Below are positions 1 through 11,400 of a stretch of DNA of 56,594 nt, piece after piece. The DNA is from a virus. Its lineage: Duplodnaviria; Caudoviricetes. The stretch covers positions 1-56,594 of IMG/VR virus record IMGVR_UViG_3300025151_000041, one strand, 5' to 3'. A program made the position numbers and the translations under genes. The notes beneath the pieces were generated by a model. It saw nothing but the letters and a program-made list of their open reading frames with translations. It ran no database searches and was not told where the DNA came from. Numbering within the stretch: the stretch's first letter is position 1; the number at the start of each line of letters is the position of its first letter.

Positions 1-213
1 TTTGACGGTAAAAGAAGAGGAATCCCAGTATTATCTATAGTGGGAGCTTTGAATGAAGATTATGAAGGTGGAGATTTTATAATGTGGGAGACAGAAAAAA
101 TAGAATTACCTCAAGGATCTATAATGATCTTTCCGAGTAACTTTATGTACCCACACAAAGTTACACCAGTAACGCAGGGAACGAGATACAGTTATGTATC
201 GTGGACTTTTTAG
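1..213 (+). CDS. 2OG-Fe(II) oxygenase (prolyl-hydroxylase-like), C-terminal part, truncated by window start
   Basis: Manual frame-1 translation ...LNEDYEGGDF...GSIMIFPSNFMYPHKVTPVTQGTRYSYVSWTF*: YEGG, FPS, distal His and RxS motifs. Confidence 0.85.
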   Translation, partial: FDGKRRGIPVLSIVGALNEDYEGGDFIMWETEKIELPQGSIMIFPSNFMYPHKVTPVTQGTRYSYVSWTF

Positions 214-222
214 GAGATTGAA

Positions 223-588
223 GTGGCACATTTTGCAGAAATAGATTCAAATAATGTTGTGTTAAGGGTTATCGTTGTTGATAACTCAGACACGGCTATG
301 GCAGATGGAACGGAAACAGAAAGCATTGGTATAGCACATTGTCAGAAATTGTTTGGCGGTACGTGGGTGCAGACTTCGTATAATGCTACCCAAAGAAAAA
401 ACTTTGCTTCAAAAGGTTATACTTATGATTCAGGTCGTAATGCTTTTATTCCTCCAAAACCTTACAGCTCTTGGGTTTTAGATGAGTCTACTTGTCGTTG
501 GGTAGCTCCTGTAAATGCACCGAGTGATGCTTCAAAAGAAAACCCTTATACGTGGAATGAGGAAACAACAAGTTGGGTAAAGGTTTAA
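223..588 (+). CDS. conserved phage protein, tail region
   Basis: 121 aa ORF, AGGAG RBS; MAHFAEID..N.V.RVIVV start recalled from aquatic phage tail-region proteins. Confidence 0.6.
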   Translation: MAHFAEIDSNNVVLRVIVVDNSDTAMADGTETESIGIAHCQKLFGGTWVQTSYNATQRKNFASKGYTYDSGRNAFIPPKPYSSWVLDESTCRWVAPVNAPSDASKENPYTWNEETTSWVKV

Positions 589-592
589 ATAA

Positions 593-1093
593 GTGATTGA
601 GATTGGTGTTGCATTAGCTGCTATCAAGTCTGCTCACGGAGCATTGATGTCTGCCGTAAAGGTAGGAAAAGATTTGTCGCAACTTGGCACAGCAATTTCT
701 AAGTATGCAAAAGGAGAAGCAGCCCTACAAGCCAAAGCAGAAGCCAAAAAATCATCTTTCTTTAGTAAATTGTCTGGCGTTGAGAACAGTGCCATTGACG
801 AGTTTATGCATAAAAGACAACAAGACGAAATGAGAGATCAGCTTAGAGAGACCTTTCAGTTATATGGCAAGAAGGGTGACTGGGAGATGCTCCAGAGCTT
901 TATTGCCAAAGAAAGAGCCAGACTAAAAGAACTGTATGTAAAAGAAGAAAAACGTAGGCAAATGTGGAAAGATATTGGGTTTGCTTTTGTTATTACGTGT
1001 TGTGTTGGTTTAATTCTTTCTATTATAGGATTTGTTGCTTTTCAAGCTCAAGCCTATCAACAACCGTTTTATATTATAGGGAGTATGTACTGA
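593..1093 (+). CDS. hypothetical protein with C-terminal TM helix
   Basis: 166 aa; coiled-coil followed by hydrophobic IGFAFVITCCVGLILSIIGFVAF. Confidence 0.6.
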   Translation: MIEIGVALAAIKSAHGALMSAVKVGKDLSQLGTAISKYAKGEAALQAKAEAKKSSFFSKLSGVENSAIDEFMHKRQQDEMRDQLRETFQLYGKKGDWEMLQSFIAKERARLKELYVKEEKRRQMWKDIGFAFVITCCVGLILSIIGFVAFQAQAYQQPFYIIGSMY

Positions 1094-2970
1094 TGCCGTT
1101 GACTAAATTACAGTTCAAACCAGGAATCAATAGAGAAACCACTTCTTATACTAACGAAGGTGGGTGGTTTGATTGCGATAAAATAAGATTTAGATCAGGT
1201 GTGCCAGAAAAAATAGGTGGGTGGACAAAGAAAACCAGTAATACTTTTTTGGGTATATGTCGTGCTATGCACCATTTTGTTGCGTTAGATGGCACTCTAT
1301 TTACAGGTATGGGTACTAATTTAAAATATTACATAGAGGAGGGTGGTGCGTTTAATGATGTAACTCCTTTACGTTCCACTACTAGTGCTGGTGATGTCAC
1401 TTTTGCTGCTACCAATGGTTCTGCTGTTATTACAGCATCAGACACAGATCATGGAGCAGTAGAAAATGACTATGTAACATTCACTGGAGCGGCAACTTTA
1501 GGCGGCAACATCACAGCCGCAGTCTTAAATCAAGAGTATCAAATTACCGAAATAGTCAACGCTAACAGTTACAAATTTACGGCTACAGCTACCGCTAATT
1601 CTAGCGATACAGGTAATGGTGGTAGTTCTACTGTAGGCAAATATCAAATAAACACAGGGCTAGATACGTCTGTTGGCGGTTCTGGTTGGGGTGCAGGTAC
1701 TTGGGGTCGAGGTACATGGGGATCGGCAACAAGTTTGATTGCGGCTGGTACTACACTTAGGTTGTGGTCACACGATAACTTTGGTGAAGATTTAGTTATG
1801 AATGTTCGCAATGGTGGTATTTTTTACTGGGATAGGAGCGACAGTTCATCTAGTTTTGTTAGGGCAGTTGCATTGTCCGACGAAAGTTCTGATGCAAAAA
1901 CTCCTACGATAGCAACACAAATAATGGTGAGTGATAGAGATAGACACGTTATAGCATTTGGCTGTGACCCTGAAGATGCAATCGGTACACAAGACCCTTT
2001 ACTTATAAGGTTTAGCGACCAAGAAAACTTAACAACGTGGACAACTTCTAGTACAAATACGGCAGGTAGTTTAAGACTAGGCTCAGGCAGTGAAATTGTT
2101 TGTGCAGTAGAAACAAAACAATTTATCCTTGTTTTTACTGATGTCAGCCTTCACGCAATGAAATTTATTGGTCAACCTTTTACTTTTGGTATAGAGCAAG
2201 TAAGCGAAAACACAACAATTATATCTCCTAATGCTGCTAAATCTGTTGATGATTTGGTATTTTGGATGGGTATAGAAGATTTCTATGTGTTTGACGGTAA
2301 AGTGCAAAAACTTCCTTGCAGTGTAAAAAGTTATGTTTTTAATGATTTTAACTTGAGTCAAGCTCAAAAAGTATTTGCAGGGTTAAATTCCTCGCATAAT
2401 GAAATTTGGTGGTTTTACTGCACAGCAGACAGTGAAGATATAGACCGTTATGTAATTTACAATTACCTAGAACAATCTTGGTATTTCGGCTCGTTAGTAA
2501 GAACAGCATGGTTAGATAGAGGTATAGATAATTTCCCTACAGCTACCGATAGAAACAGTAACTTGTACTATCATGAATATGGCTTGGACGATGGATCAAC
2601 AGTTCCTAGTTCTGCTATTGAAGCTCATATCGAAAGTAGCCAGTTAGCTATTGGTGATGGACATCAGTATTTATTTTTATCACGTTTAATACCTGACATT
2701 ACTTTTGATGGTTCAACAAGCAATGACCCTACAGTTACGTTTACGTTAAAAACACGAAACTTTCCTGGAGGAGCATACCTACAAAGTGATGCTAATACAG
2801 TTGCACAATCAGCAAAAGAAACAAGCACAGTTGTAGAGCAATTTACCAGTGATGTAGATGTAAGATTAAGAGGTAGAAGTTTTGCACTTAGAGTTTCTAA
2901 TTCAGATATTGAAAACCAATGGCGTTTAGGTACGCCAAGAGTTGAATTAAGACCAGATGGAAGACGTTAG
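1093..2970 (+). CDS. tail tubular / DNA stabilisation protein (P22 gp10-like nozzle)
   Basis: Likely start ATG 1093 (MPLTKLQFKPGINRE), overlapping the upstream stop; beta-rich, GWGAGTWG repeat, RFSDQEN, AGSLRL; lies just before the internal virion genes. Confidence 0.7.
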   Translation: MPLTKLQFKPGINRETTSYTNEGGWFDCDKIRFRSGVPEKIGGWTKKTSNTFLGICRAMHHFVALDGTLFTGMGTNLKYYIEEGGAFNDVTPLRSTTSAGDVTFAATNGSAVITASDTDHGAVENDYVTFTGAATLGGNITAAVLNQEYQITEIVNANSYKFTATATANSSDTGNGGSSTVGKYQINTGLDTSVGGSGWGAGTWGRGTWGSATSLIAAGTTLRLWSHDNFGEDLVMNVRNGGIFYWDRSDSSSSFVRAVALSDESSDAKTPTIATQIMVSDRDRHVIAFGCDPEDAIGTQDPLLIRFSDQENLTTWTTSSTNTAGSLRLGSGSEIVCAVETKQFILVFTDVSLHAMKFIGQPFTFGIEQVSENTTIISPNAAKSVDDLVFWMGIEDFYVFDGKVQKLPCSVKSYVFNDFNLSQAQKVFAGLNSSHNEIWWFYCTADSEDIDRYVIYNYLEQSWYFGSLVRTAWLDRGIDNFPTATDRNSNLYYHEYGLDDGSTVPSSAIEAHIESSQLAIGDGHQYLFLSRLIPDITFDGSTSNDPTVTFTLKTRNFPGGAYLQSDANTVAQSAKETSTVVEQFTSDVDVRLRGRSFALRVSNSDIENQWRLGTPRVELRPDGRR

Positions 2971-3078
2971 CATGAAAAATATGGTTGCGAGAAAGATTGT
3001 TCAAGCATATAGTGACAAAAGCGACAAACAGCGGATCGCAACCCTGCTTTTCATGGAACACAATAAAGTGAGAAATCT

Positions 3079-4374
3079 ATGCAGGGAATAGCCAGTTTAC
3101 CATACGAAGTTGTCGAACAACCAATGATTCCTTTTACAGGAATTGGTTCAATGCCAAAGCAAGCCGAGATGCTTGCGGAGTTTGGTCGTAACGGAGACAC
3201 CTATATTGTTCACGCAGCAGAGGGTGAAACTGTTATACCAATGGAAGTTTTAAACGAAAACCCACGTTTGAAAAGTATGCTTTGGCAACAAATGGCAGAA
3301 ATGGGTATAGAGCCAGAGCGTTACATAGTTGGTAATGAGTTAAACAGTATAAACCCTGTAACTGGACAACCTGAGTTTTTTCTTAAAAAGATATTTAAAG
3401 GTGTGAAATCAGTCGTAAAAGCTGCTCTACCCGTTATAGGATTTGCTATTGGTGGTGCAATAGCTGGTCCAGTAGGTGCTGGTGTAGGAGCAGGGTTAGG
3501 AGCAAAAGTATCAGGACAATCTTGGAGTGACGCTGCTGTTACAGGTGTTTTAGCTGGAGTTGGTGCAAGTGCAGGTGGTATGTTCCCAAAAACCGAACAA
3601 GTTTCACTGTTTGAAGCTCCAGGAAAAGTATTAACTGATTTTGAAACAGGTATTAGAAATTTAGGAAAAAGTGGAAGTGAAAGAACTCTTGGTGGGTTTT
3701 TTGGTGGGACTACTCCTGCTCCTGTAACACCAGAAGGTTATACTTTTACTGATACTTTTGGAAATGTAACTAATGTTCCTGTAGCAGATGGAGTAGCCCA
3801 AATAGGATCAAACGTTCCACCAGCAACAAGCGGTTTAGGTGGTTTAGGGAGCGATATAAGAGCTGTTTTAGATACTCCAGGAAAAAGACTTTTAGCAACG
3901 GCGGCTGTTCCTTTTGTAGTGAAAGCTGCAACAGAAAAACCTCCGCCACTCCAAGACCCTCCAGCGACAGGTGTAGACTATTTAAGAGAAAATCCAGAAA
4001 AATATGGGTTTGATATTGCACGTTTTACTTCACCTTTTGATAAAACCTATACCGAAGGCGGTAGCAAACTTGGAAAAGTTGGTGAAAAAACTTCAGGTAT
4101 TATGTCTATGCAACCAAATATAATTGGGTACGACCAATATGGTAATCCTGTTTATGGACAACAACCAAACCAAATGCAAGTTGTTGCAGCAGATAGTGGC
4201 GGTGAAATAGTTGGTCCAGGAACAGGTACAAGTGATAGTATACCAGCAATGTTAAGTGATGGTGAGTTTGTAATGACAGCCAAAGCAGTGAAAAATGCAG
4301 GTAATGGCAATCGTAGAGCTGGAGCACAAAAAATGTATGCTATGATGAAACGTCTAGAAAAAGGAGCAGCATAG
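3079..4374 (+). CDS. internal virion / ejection protein
   Basis: Gly/Ala-rich hydrophobic segment; GPGTGTSDSIPAMLSDGEFV motif; position. Confidence 0.6.
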   Translation: MQGIASLPYEVVEQPMIPFTGIGSMPKQAEMLAEFGRNGDTYIVHAAEGETVIPMEVLNENPRLKSMLWQQMAEMGIEPERYIVGNELNSINPVTGQPEFFLKKIFKGVKSVVKAALPVIGFAIGGAIAGPVGAGVGAGLGAKVSGQSWSDAAVTGVLAGVGASAGGMFPKTEQVSLFEAPGKVLTDFETGIRNLGKSGSERTLGGFFGGTTPAPVTPEGYTFTDTFGNVTNVPVADGVAQIGSNVPPATSGLGGLGSDIRAVLDTPGKRLLATAAVPFVVKAATEKPPPLQDPPATGVDYLRENPEKYGFDIARFTSPFDKTYTEGGSKLGKVGEKTSGIMSMQPNIIGYDQYGNPVYGQQPNQMQVVAADSGGEIVGPGTGTSDSIPAMLSDGEFVMTAKAVKNAGNGNRRAGAQKMYAMMKRLEKGAA

Positions 4375-5507
4375 TGTCAGAAGTTACACAACAAACCCAG
4401 ATTGTAAGAGAAGCTCCTGCAATAGAAGCCTATAAACTTGGTTTGTTAGAGCTTGCAAAAGAAAGAGCTAATATACCTGTAGATGTTGGTGATCCTAGGC
4501 TTGCAGTACAAGTAGCAGATTTATCACCGCAACAGCGTAGAGCAATGGAAATGTATGAAGCTGGTTTAGGTTCATACAGGCCGTATTTTGACGAAGCCTA
4601 TAGTACAATAGGTGAGGGTGTAGATACTACAAAAGCAGGACTTACTTTTGCAGACGAAGCCGCAGATTTAGCAAGGTTAGCTCCTGGAACTGCTGGGACA
4701 GCCGCCGCAGGAATTACAGGTATTGCACAGGGTTTAACAGGACAAACAGCTTACGACCCTAATCAAGCCCAAGCGTTTATGGATCCATATCAGCAACTTG
4801 TTACACGACAGGCAATAGCTGAACTTGATCGTGCAGCCGCTCCACAAAGGCAACAAATAGATGATGCTGCATTAGCTGCTGGAGCTTTTGGTGGTTCTCG
4901 TAGAACATTAGCCCAATCAGAGTTTGAAAGAAACTTAGCCGACATAAAATCTAAACGTATAGCAGAAGATTTAAGCAGAAATTATATGCAAGCATTGGCT
5001 GGTTCTATGCAAGCAGATGAAGCCGCAAAAGCTAGAGAGTTAGAAGCTGGTCGACTTGGTATTGGTGCGTATGGACAAGCTGGTCAGCTAGGGTTGGCAG
5101 GACAAGAACTTGGTTTACGAGGGTTGCAGGGTATTGGTAGCTTTTATGGACAAACAGGTGGTCAACTTGGCGAAATGGGAATAGCACAAGGAAGAATTGG
5201 TGAAGCACTCCCAGCACTCAGAGGTGAGGAGGCTCGACTACTCAGTACATTGGGTGGTGTAGCACAACAAACAGACCAAGCAAGATTAGATGCAGCAAGA
5301 GCAACTGCTATGCAACAGGCTTACGAGCCATTCCAACGTATTGGGTTTTTAAGTGATATTTACAAAGGAGCTCCTACCAGTCAATCAAGTTTCTTACGCA
5401 CAACTGCTCCTGGAACTTCTGCACTTAATCAAATTATTGGCTCTGGTGTTTCTGCATTGGGAGCATATAAAGGATATCAAAGTTTATTTGGAAAGGATGA
5501 CGCATAA
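4374..5507 (+). CDS. DNA transfer / ejection protein
   Basis: Ala/Gln/Gly-rich helical; FMDPYQQ and AGAFGGSR motifs typical of podoviral pilot proteins. Confidence 0.65.
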   Translation: MSEVTQQTQIVREAPAIEAYKLGLLELAKERANIPVDVGDPRLAVQVADLSPQQRRAMEMYEAGLGSYRPYFDEAYSTIGEGVDTTKAGLTFADEAADLARLAPGTAGTAAAGITGIAQGLTGQTAYDPNQAQAFMDPYQQLVTRQAIAELDRAAAPQRQQIDDAALAAGAFGGSRRTLAQSEFERNLADIKSKRIAEDLSRNYMQALAGSMQADEAAKARELEAGRLGIGAYGQAGQLGLAGQELGLRGLQGIGSFYGQTGGQLGEMGIAQGRIGEALPALRGEEARLLSTLGGVAQQTDQARLDAARATAMQQAYEPFQRIGFLSDIYKGAPTSQSSFLRTTAPGTSALNQIIGSGVSALGAYKGYQSLFGKDDA

Positions 5508-8413
5508 TGAAGGTCGCCGCAAGAAAATTATTTAAGAAAACAATGCTTCCAAGTTATGCAAATGGCGGTATAGCTTCTGGTATGGATACGCCTCCACCAC
5601 CTATGGATACGCCTCCACCACCTATGGATATGCCACCCCCAGCTCCTGCAACCCCACCTATGGGTATAGATTCATTAATGAATACACCAGAGGCAGGAGC
5701 GACTATGAATATCATGAAAACTTTGGAAGATGTCGATAAGCAACTTGATATGGTAGGTGACAATCCAGCAGGTGTTATACAAGCCCTTACAGGGAAAAGT
5801 GTACCCGAAGCAAGAAATGATCTTGCAGGGATAGTGGGCTTACCAGATGCAGAACAAACACCAGATAGTGTACTTGCCCTTGTTCAACCCACATTGCTAA
5901 TGGCAGAGCAAGCGGCTGGAATGGAGCAAGGTGGTATACAAACACTCGGTATGGGTGAACCTCCGCCAATGGATATGGCAGGAGCACCCCCTGACCCTTT
6001 ATCACAGGCAGCGTTGGGTGATCCTTCTAACCCAATCGCTGCTCCAACGGTAGAAGTTCCAGCAGCAAGGTTCGGAGGATATGTACAGGGATTTGCCGCA
6101 GGTGGTATACAAAACATTATTGATAAATATACACCTTATCGTTTAGGAGATATGGCAAGAACATTAGCTCCTATTGGTCAAAATATTAGATATGGTTTAA
6201 GTCAAGCATTAGAAGTTAATCCATACACACAAGCAAAATTTAATTTAGAAAGAAATATTTCTTATCCTGGAAGAGTGTCACAACAAGAATTTCTTTTAAG
6301 ACCCGACAGTGGTATTGAAAGTTTGGGCGGAGCTCCTATAACAGATGAACAATTAAGTAGTTTGATAATTCCTAGAAGTGTGGAACCAGTAACAGGAGTG
6401 AAAGCTAACGTAACAGAACCTGATATGGAAGAGGCTACAGCAAGATTACAAGCAGAAGGTCTAACACCTGAAGATCTTAAAAGTCAAATTCAACAAGAAG
6501 AAAATATACCGCCACAAGTTAGTGGTGTACCCGTTGGGGAAGATGCAGATTTAGAAGAGTACAAGAAAACACAAGAAACAAGTTATCAAGACCTTTTAAA
6601 AAAAGAAATAGAAAAATTAGGTTTAACAAAAACTGCTGAAGAAATATCTGAAGAAAGATTAAAATACTTAGATGAGAAAGGTTTATTAACACCACTGATA
6701 ACACCTGATGAGGCTCAAGCAAAAGTTGATAGAATATTTGGTGATGTAAAGCAAGATACAATAACTGATTTTTGGCTCAGCCTTGCAAAAGCTGGAGGAG
6801 AAATAGCTAGTAGTCGAGGAACAACTTTGTTTGAAGCAATAGGTCAAGCTATGCCTGAGTTTTCTCAACAGTTAATGGTTTCTGCTCGTGAGCAAAGAAA
6901 ATTAATGCGAGAGAAAAATTTAGCCGCAGAAGATTTAGTAACAGCAGCCGAAAATGCAAGAAGACAACAACAACTGGCAGTAGCAACAGGAGCAATGGAT
7001 TTAGCAGGTCAACTTGAACTAAAAGCAAAAGAATATGAATACCAATTATATAAAGCGTTAATGCCAGATATGAAAATGAAAACTGGTATTTTATTTGGTT
7101 CAGAATTTAACAATGGGGTATCTGGTCCTGTAAACATAATGGTAGATGAAAACAACCCTACTGTTGCTTTTTATGGAGACAAAAGATTTACTCCAGGAAA
7201 GAATGCGTATATAGGCGATAACATTGATTCTGTTTACAAAACGGAAGTATTACCAACAGGAGCTCTCCGACACTTTGTTCAGTTCCCAGGAATAGAACCA
7301 TATAGTTTTATTACAACTTCTGGAGGAAAAAATACATTAATACAAACACCCGAAGCTATAATGGAAAATCCAGAAAACGCTGAAAGATATGGGTTTATGG
7401 AAGTGCTTGATTATACAAACCCTGATAATAATTCCGCAGAAAATAAAATGAAAGTACGGACTGATCTTGTAGCTAGGAGATTAGCTTTAACAGATCTTAG
7501 TTATAATAAAAATTTAGCAAAAGGAATGGAACGAGCTGAAAAAGCATCTGTAGATACCCAAGATATAATTTCTTTATTAGAAAATAACTTAGACAAAGGT
7601 GTTGGTCTTAGAGCAAAAATAGCTAGATTTGGTAATAACATAGCAGGACTTTTTGACGAAGAAAGTGCTCTTTATGGTGCGTTAAATTCTGAGCAACAAG
7701 CCGTTGCAAATGCAATGATTAAGTTAAGAATAAGAAGTCAAATTCAACCACAACTTTTAAGCGATAGAAATAGTTTTCAAGAAATTAGAATGGTGCAACA
7801 AAATATTTTACCAGACGTTGAAGGTACGTTTGTAAACCCACAAACTTTCCTTGCCCAATCAAAAGATCTTGCTATGAGAGCTTCAAATGAATATGCTAGA
7901 ATAGCAAATATTTTATCGGATACAGGGACAGGAACTCAATTAGCAAATATTGCTCAGCAAACAGAAGTTATTCCAAATATGAGTTCAAAAAATTCAGCCT
8001 TAGATATAGCTAATCCTAGACATAGAGCATTTTTATACAGATCTTTAAGAAAAAGAAAACTTGCTCAAAACAGAGGAGAAAAATTAGATATAGGTTCTAT
8101 TGGTTCTAAACTTGATAACGCTTATGTATTTGTTCCAGAAGAATTTGTGAGTGCTGGTGATGTGGATCAAGGACAATTTGCAAAGTTCACAAAACAATTT
8201 AATGTTCCAAAAGAAAGAGCAATGCACTTCGGTGGTAATGATCTAAGGTACTCCCCTGATAGAAAAGGTTACTATTTCAAAATAGATCAACTTGGAAATG
8301 AATTTTATAAAACTGGTATTGCTGAAAAATTAGGGATAAGTGCTTCGGTAATAGCAGACCCAAGCAGAAAAAAACAAGTTCAAGTTTTACCAAGAGATTT
8401 AAGAGGTCAGTGA
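5507..8413 (+). CDS. large internal virion protein
   Basis: 968 aa, Pro-rich N-terminus, helical; in ejection-protein cluster. Confidence 0.55.
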   Translation: MKVAARKLFKKTMLPSYANGGIASGMDTPPPPMDTPPPPMDMPPPAPATPPMGIDSLMNTPEAGATMNIMKTLEDVDKQLDMVGDNPAGVIQALTGKSVPEARNDLAGIVGLPDAEQTPDSVLALVQPTLLMAEQAAGMEQGGIQTLGMGEPPPMDMAGAPPDPLSQAALGDPSNPIAAPTVEVPAARFGGYVQGFAAGGIQNIIDKYTPYRLGDMARTLAPIGQNIRYGLSQALEVNPYTQAKFNLERNISYPGRVSQQEFLLRPDSGIESLGGAPITDEQLSSLIIPRSVEPVTGVKANVTEPDMEEATARLQAEGLTPEDLKSQIQQEENIPPQVSGVPVGEDADLEEYKKTQETSYQDLLKKEIEKLGLTKTAEEISEERLKYLDEKGLLTPLITPDEAQAKVDRIFGDVKQDTITDFWLSLAKAGGEIASSRGTTLFEAIGQAMPEFSQQLMVSAREQRKLMREKNLAAEDLVTAAENARRQQQLAVATGAMDLAGQLELKAKEYEYQLYKALMPDMKMKTGILFGSEFNNGVSGPVNIMVDENNPTVAFYGDKRFTPGKNAYIGDNIDSVYKTEVLPTGALRHFVQFPGIEPYSFITTSGGKNTLIQTPEAIMENPENAERYGFMEVLDYTNPDNNSAENKMKVRTDLVARRLALTDLSYNKNLAKGMERAEKASVDTQDIISLLENNLDKGVGLRAKIARFGNNIAGLFDEESALYGALNSEQQAVANAMIKLRIRSQIQPQLLSDRNSFQEIRMVQQNILPDVEGTFVNPQTFLAQSKDLAMRASNEYARIANILSDTGTGTQLANIAQQTEVIPNMSSKNSALDIANPRHRAFLYRSLRKRKLAQNRGEKLDIGSIGSKLDNAYVFVPEEFVSAGDVDQGQFAKFTKQFNVPKERAMHFGGNDLRYSPDRKGYYFKIDQLGNEFYKTGIAEKLGISASVIADPSRKKQVQVLPRDLRGQ
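5581..5640 (+). repeat. 21-bp tandem repeat encoding MDTPPPP
   Basis: tatggatacgcctccaccacc x2 plus a degenerate third copy. Confidence 0.85.
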
Positions 8414-8416
8414 TAA

Positions 8417-11400
8417 ATGGCAAGAGAACAAAAAACAAGAAAAGTTGATGTTGAGTTTGGTGCTTTTATTCCTGATGACCCTTTTGCAAATGACCCTGTT
8501 ATTGGTGACGAAGCTCTTGGATTAGGAAAAGAAGGAATCACTGGTACGGCTGATGTTGCTATAGAAAGGGCTGGTGGTCAAGCAGAGTTTGGCGAAGGTG
8601 CTTTAGCAGGATTTGCGGAAACTGTTGTAGATGTTGGCACTGGTTTTATTACGGGTGCGATAGATGCACTTGCATATATTCCTGATGCTGCACTAAATAA
8701 AATTACAGAAAAGTTAGCAGAAGAAAACATAATAAAAGGTGAAGATGTTGGTTTTTGGGCAACAAAAGATAGATTAAGTCGTTTGCTTACCTCTGGTAAT
8801 TATGAACAACGACGTAAAGTTGGTAATGTTATTCTTGGAATGGGTGAATTTGTAGGTCAATCTGGTGCTTTAGGTCAGATAGCTGAGACAGCAGGTCAAT
8901 TTGCTACTTTTGCTATACCTCAAACAGCCGCCGTAAGATTAATAGGTAATGCTCTATACGGTGGTACACAAGCATCTAAAGCAGCTTTAAGAACCAGCAC
9001 ACTCAAAGCTATAAAAGAAGCAAAGCAAAGTGCTTTGAATAAAGCAACAACAGCAGCAGAAAAAAGAAAAATTACCAAAAAATTTGCTGACAAACAAACT
9101 AACTTCAATGAGGAGTTAAAAAAGTTTAAATGGGATAAAGATAAAAAAGTTTATGTAGGACCAGAAGGCAAAATTATAAAAGATAAAACACTTGCAAAAG
9201 CAGAAGTAACAGGAAAGGTTGCCGAAGAATTAGGAGAAAAAGCTGCTTTAGGTAGATTAAAAAGTTATGGTGCAAGAGAAGTACAAAGAGCTGCAAAAGA
9301 TCCTAGTAAATATTTAAGAAGAGAAGCTAAAGTAGGTGCTGGAGTTGGAGCTGCTTACGAGGGGTTAGAACAAATTAGTCCAGGACTTGGTGACACATTG
9401 ATCATAGGTGCAGGAGCTGCGATAGGTGGTAAATTTCTTTTTGATGGTATAAAAGACATAGCCAAAAGAACACCTTCTGGAAGAATTATTAATTGGGCAG
9501 ATGATGCTCTTACACCAGCAGTGGGAGATGACCCTGTTACAATAGGCTCAAGGATAAAATCAGGTTATACTAATGTAAGAGATAGAATAATAAAACCAAA
9601 AGAAGAAGACCTAAAAGAAGCAAGAGGCACTGTTCAAAAATTTATTTCACAAGAAGTATCAGAAGCAGAAGCTAGAAGAAATTTAGAAACTTATAAAAAA
9701 ATTGATGAAAAATTAGCAGAACTTGGTATTGAACCATTGGAACTCACAATAGCGGAAAAAAGTTTATCTCCTAGGTTACTTGATGCTCAGGCTTCTAGAA
9801 CACGAACTTATACAGGACAAGAAGCTACAGAACAATTTGCTAGGTTTGCAAGAAACCAAGAAAAAATAGCAAGGGTAGAAAAAGAATTAGGTTTAGAATC
9901 TGGAACAAATGTTTTTGCTTTTTCTGATAAAGATGCAAGGGGAAAACTAGACATTTTAGTGAAAAATTTACAAGGTGAAGTTGATAAAGTTTCGATTACC
10001 AGTTTAAAAGAATTAGATGAAATAAAAAATATAATGGAGGGAAAACAAATTTCTCCAAAAATATTAGAAGAAGCAGGAGAACAATTAAGGGGTATACTTC
10101 TAACAGCAAAACAAAACACAGAAAAAAGATTATTAGATGATTATAATTTTAATCCCAACAAAGAACCTAGCTTAAAAGCAAGTGAAATAAAAAAAGCTCA
10201 AGAAAATTTTCTTAGATATGTTTATAAAAAAGATAAAGATGCATCAATTAGTGATTTGATAAGCAAATATACACGAGAAGATGATTTTATAAAAAAATCA
10301 GAAGATTTAAAAAGATTTGTAAAGGCAGCTCCACGAAACATAACATTACCAGAGTGGATTACCATGCGACAACAATTCAAAAGAGCGTTAAATCGAGCTT
10401 TTGAAATGAAAGCAACAAAAAATGAATTAGATGAATTAAAAAAAGTTTTAGAAATATTTGATGAAACAGCTAAACGATTTGGTACAGATAAAAAAGCCGT
10501 ATCAGCACAAAGATATCAACAATTTTTAAAACAATGGGATGATGAAATTACAACAGTGTACAATGACGCTGCTGTTCAAAAAGTTTTAAAACAAAGACCT
10601 GTTTCAAGAGAAGATAAAATTTTGTACAAAACACCTGAAGAAAAAGCTGGTGAAGTTTTTTTACAAAATGCAGACACAGCAAAAGAATTTAACAGATTTG
10701 TTGACAATGCTGTAGGTGAAGAAAAAATTGAGTTATTAAGTTTAATGAAAGATGTTGTTTTAGGTAAGACTTTAGGAAAAAATATTTGGAATGCAAACAC
10801 AGGTAAAATTGATGTAAACAAATTAAGAGCGTTCATAAACAATAATGAAAATATGCTCAAAACAATAAAAATTGGAGATGAAGCAGGAGAATCTACAGGA
10901 TTTCAATTACTAAGTGATCAAGCAAAATTTTACGACGACCTTGTTGCAAGACAACAAAAAGTTCAACAAATGGCTAGTAAAATAAATCAAGACATTTTGG
11001 TAAACCAAGTTGCAAAATTGGATCCAAAAACATTTGATGTACAAACAGGTATTTTAGGTGCAAGGGGTGTGGACGCATCAGCAGATGCTATTATAGATAG
11101 TGCTATAAATTCAGCTATAGTAACGGGAGAAACAGGTAAACCTAATTTTAAACTTGTAAGAGCTTTACTGAAAAAAGTAAAAGAGTTAGATCCAAAAGGT
11201 GATAATGGTATAAAAGAAGAATTTAACAAGATTGTTTTAAATAAAGTTGCTGGGAAAAAAGGTTTTGCAAACCCCGTTGAATTTGATGGAATTATAAATC
11301 GTAACAGACCAGTTTTAAAAGAAGTGTTAGGAGAAAAACACTTAGAAGATATAATAGTTTTAAATGGAATTCATGCACGATTACAACAGGCGGCAACTGC

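Noticed and set aside
1-213. 2OG-Fe(II) oxygenase as a TET/JBP thymine hydroxylase for the modification pathway
   Set aside because: Motifs are prolyl-hydroxylase-like and it lies in the tail region, far from the cluster; the TS homolog already explains hmU.
964-1092. N-terminal extension of the 668-aa ORF in the track
   Set aside because: It overlaps ORF 593-1093 and reads as off-frame sequence; ATG 1093 is the plausible start.
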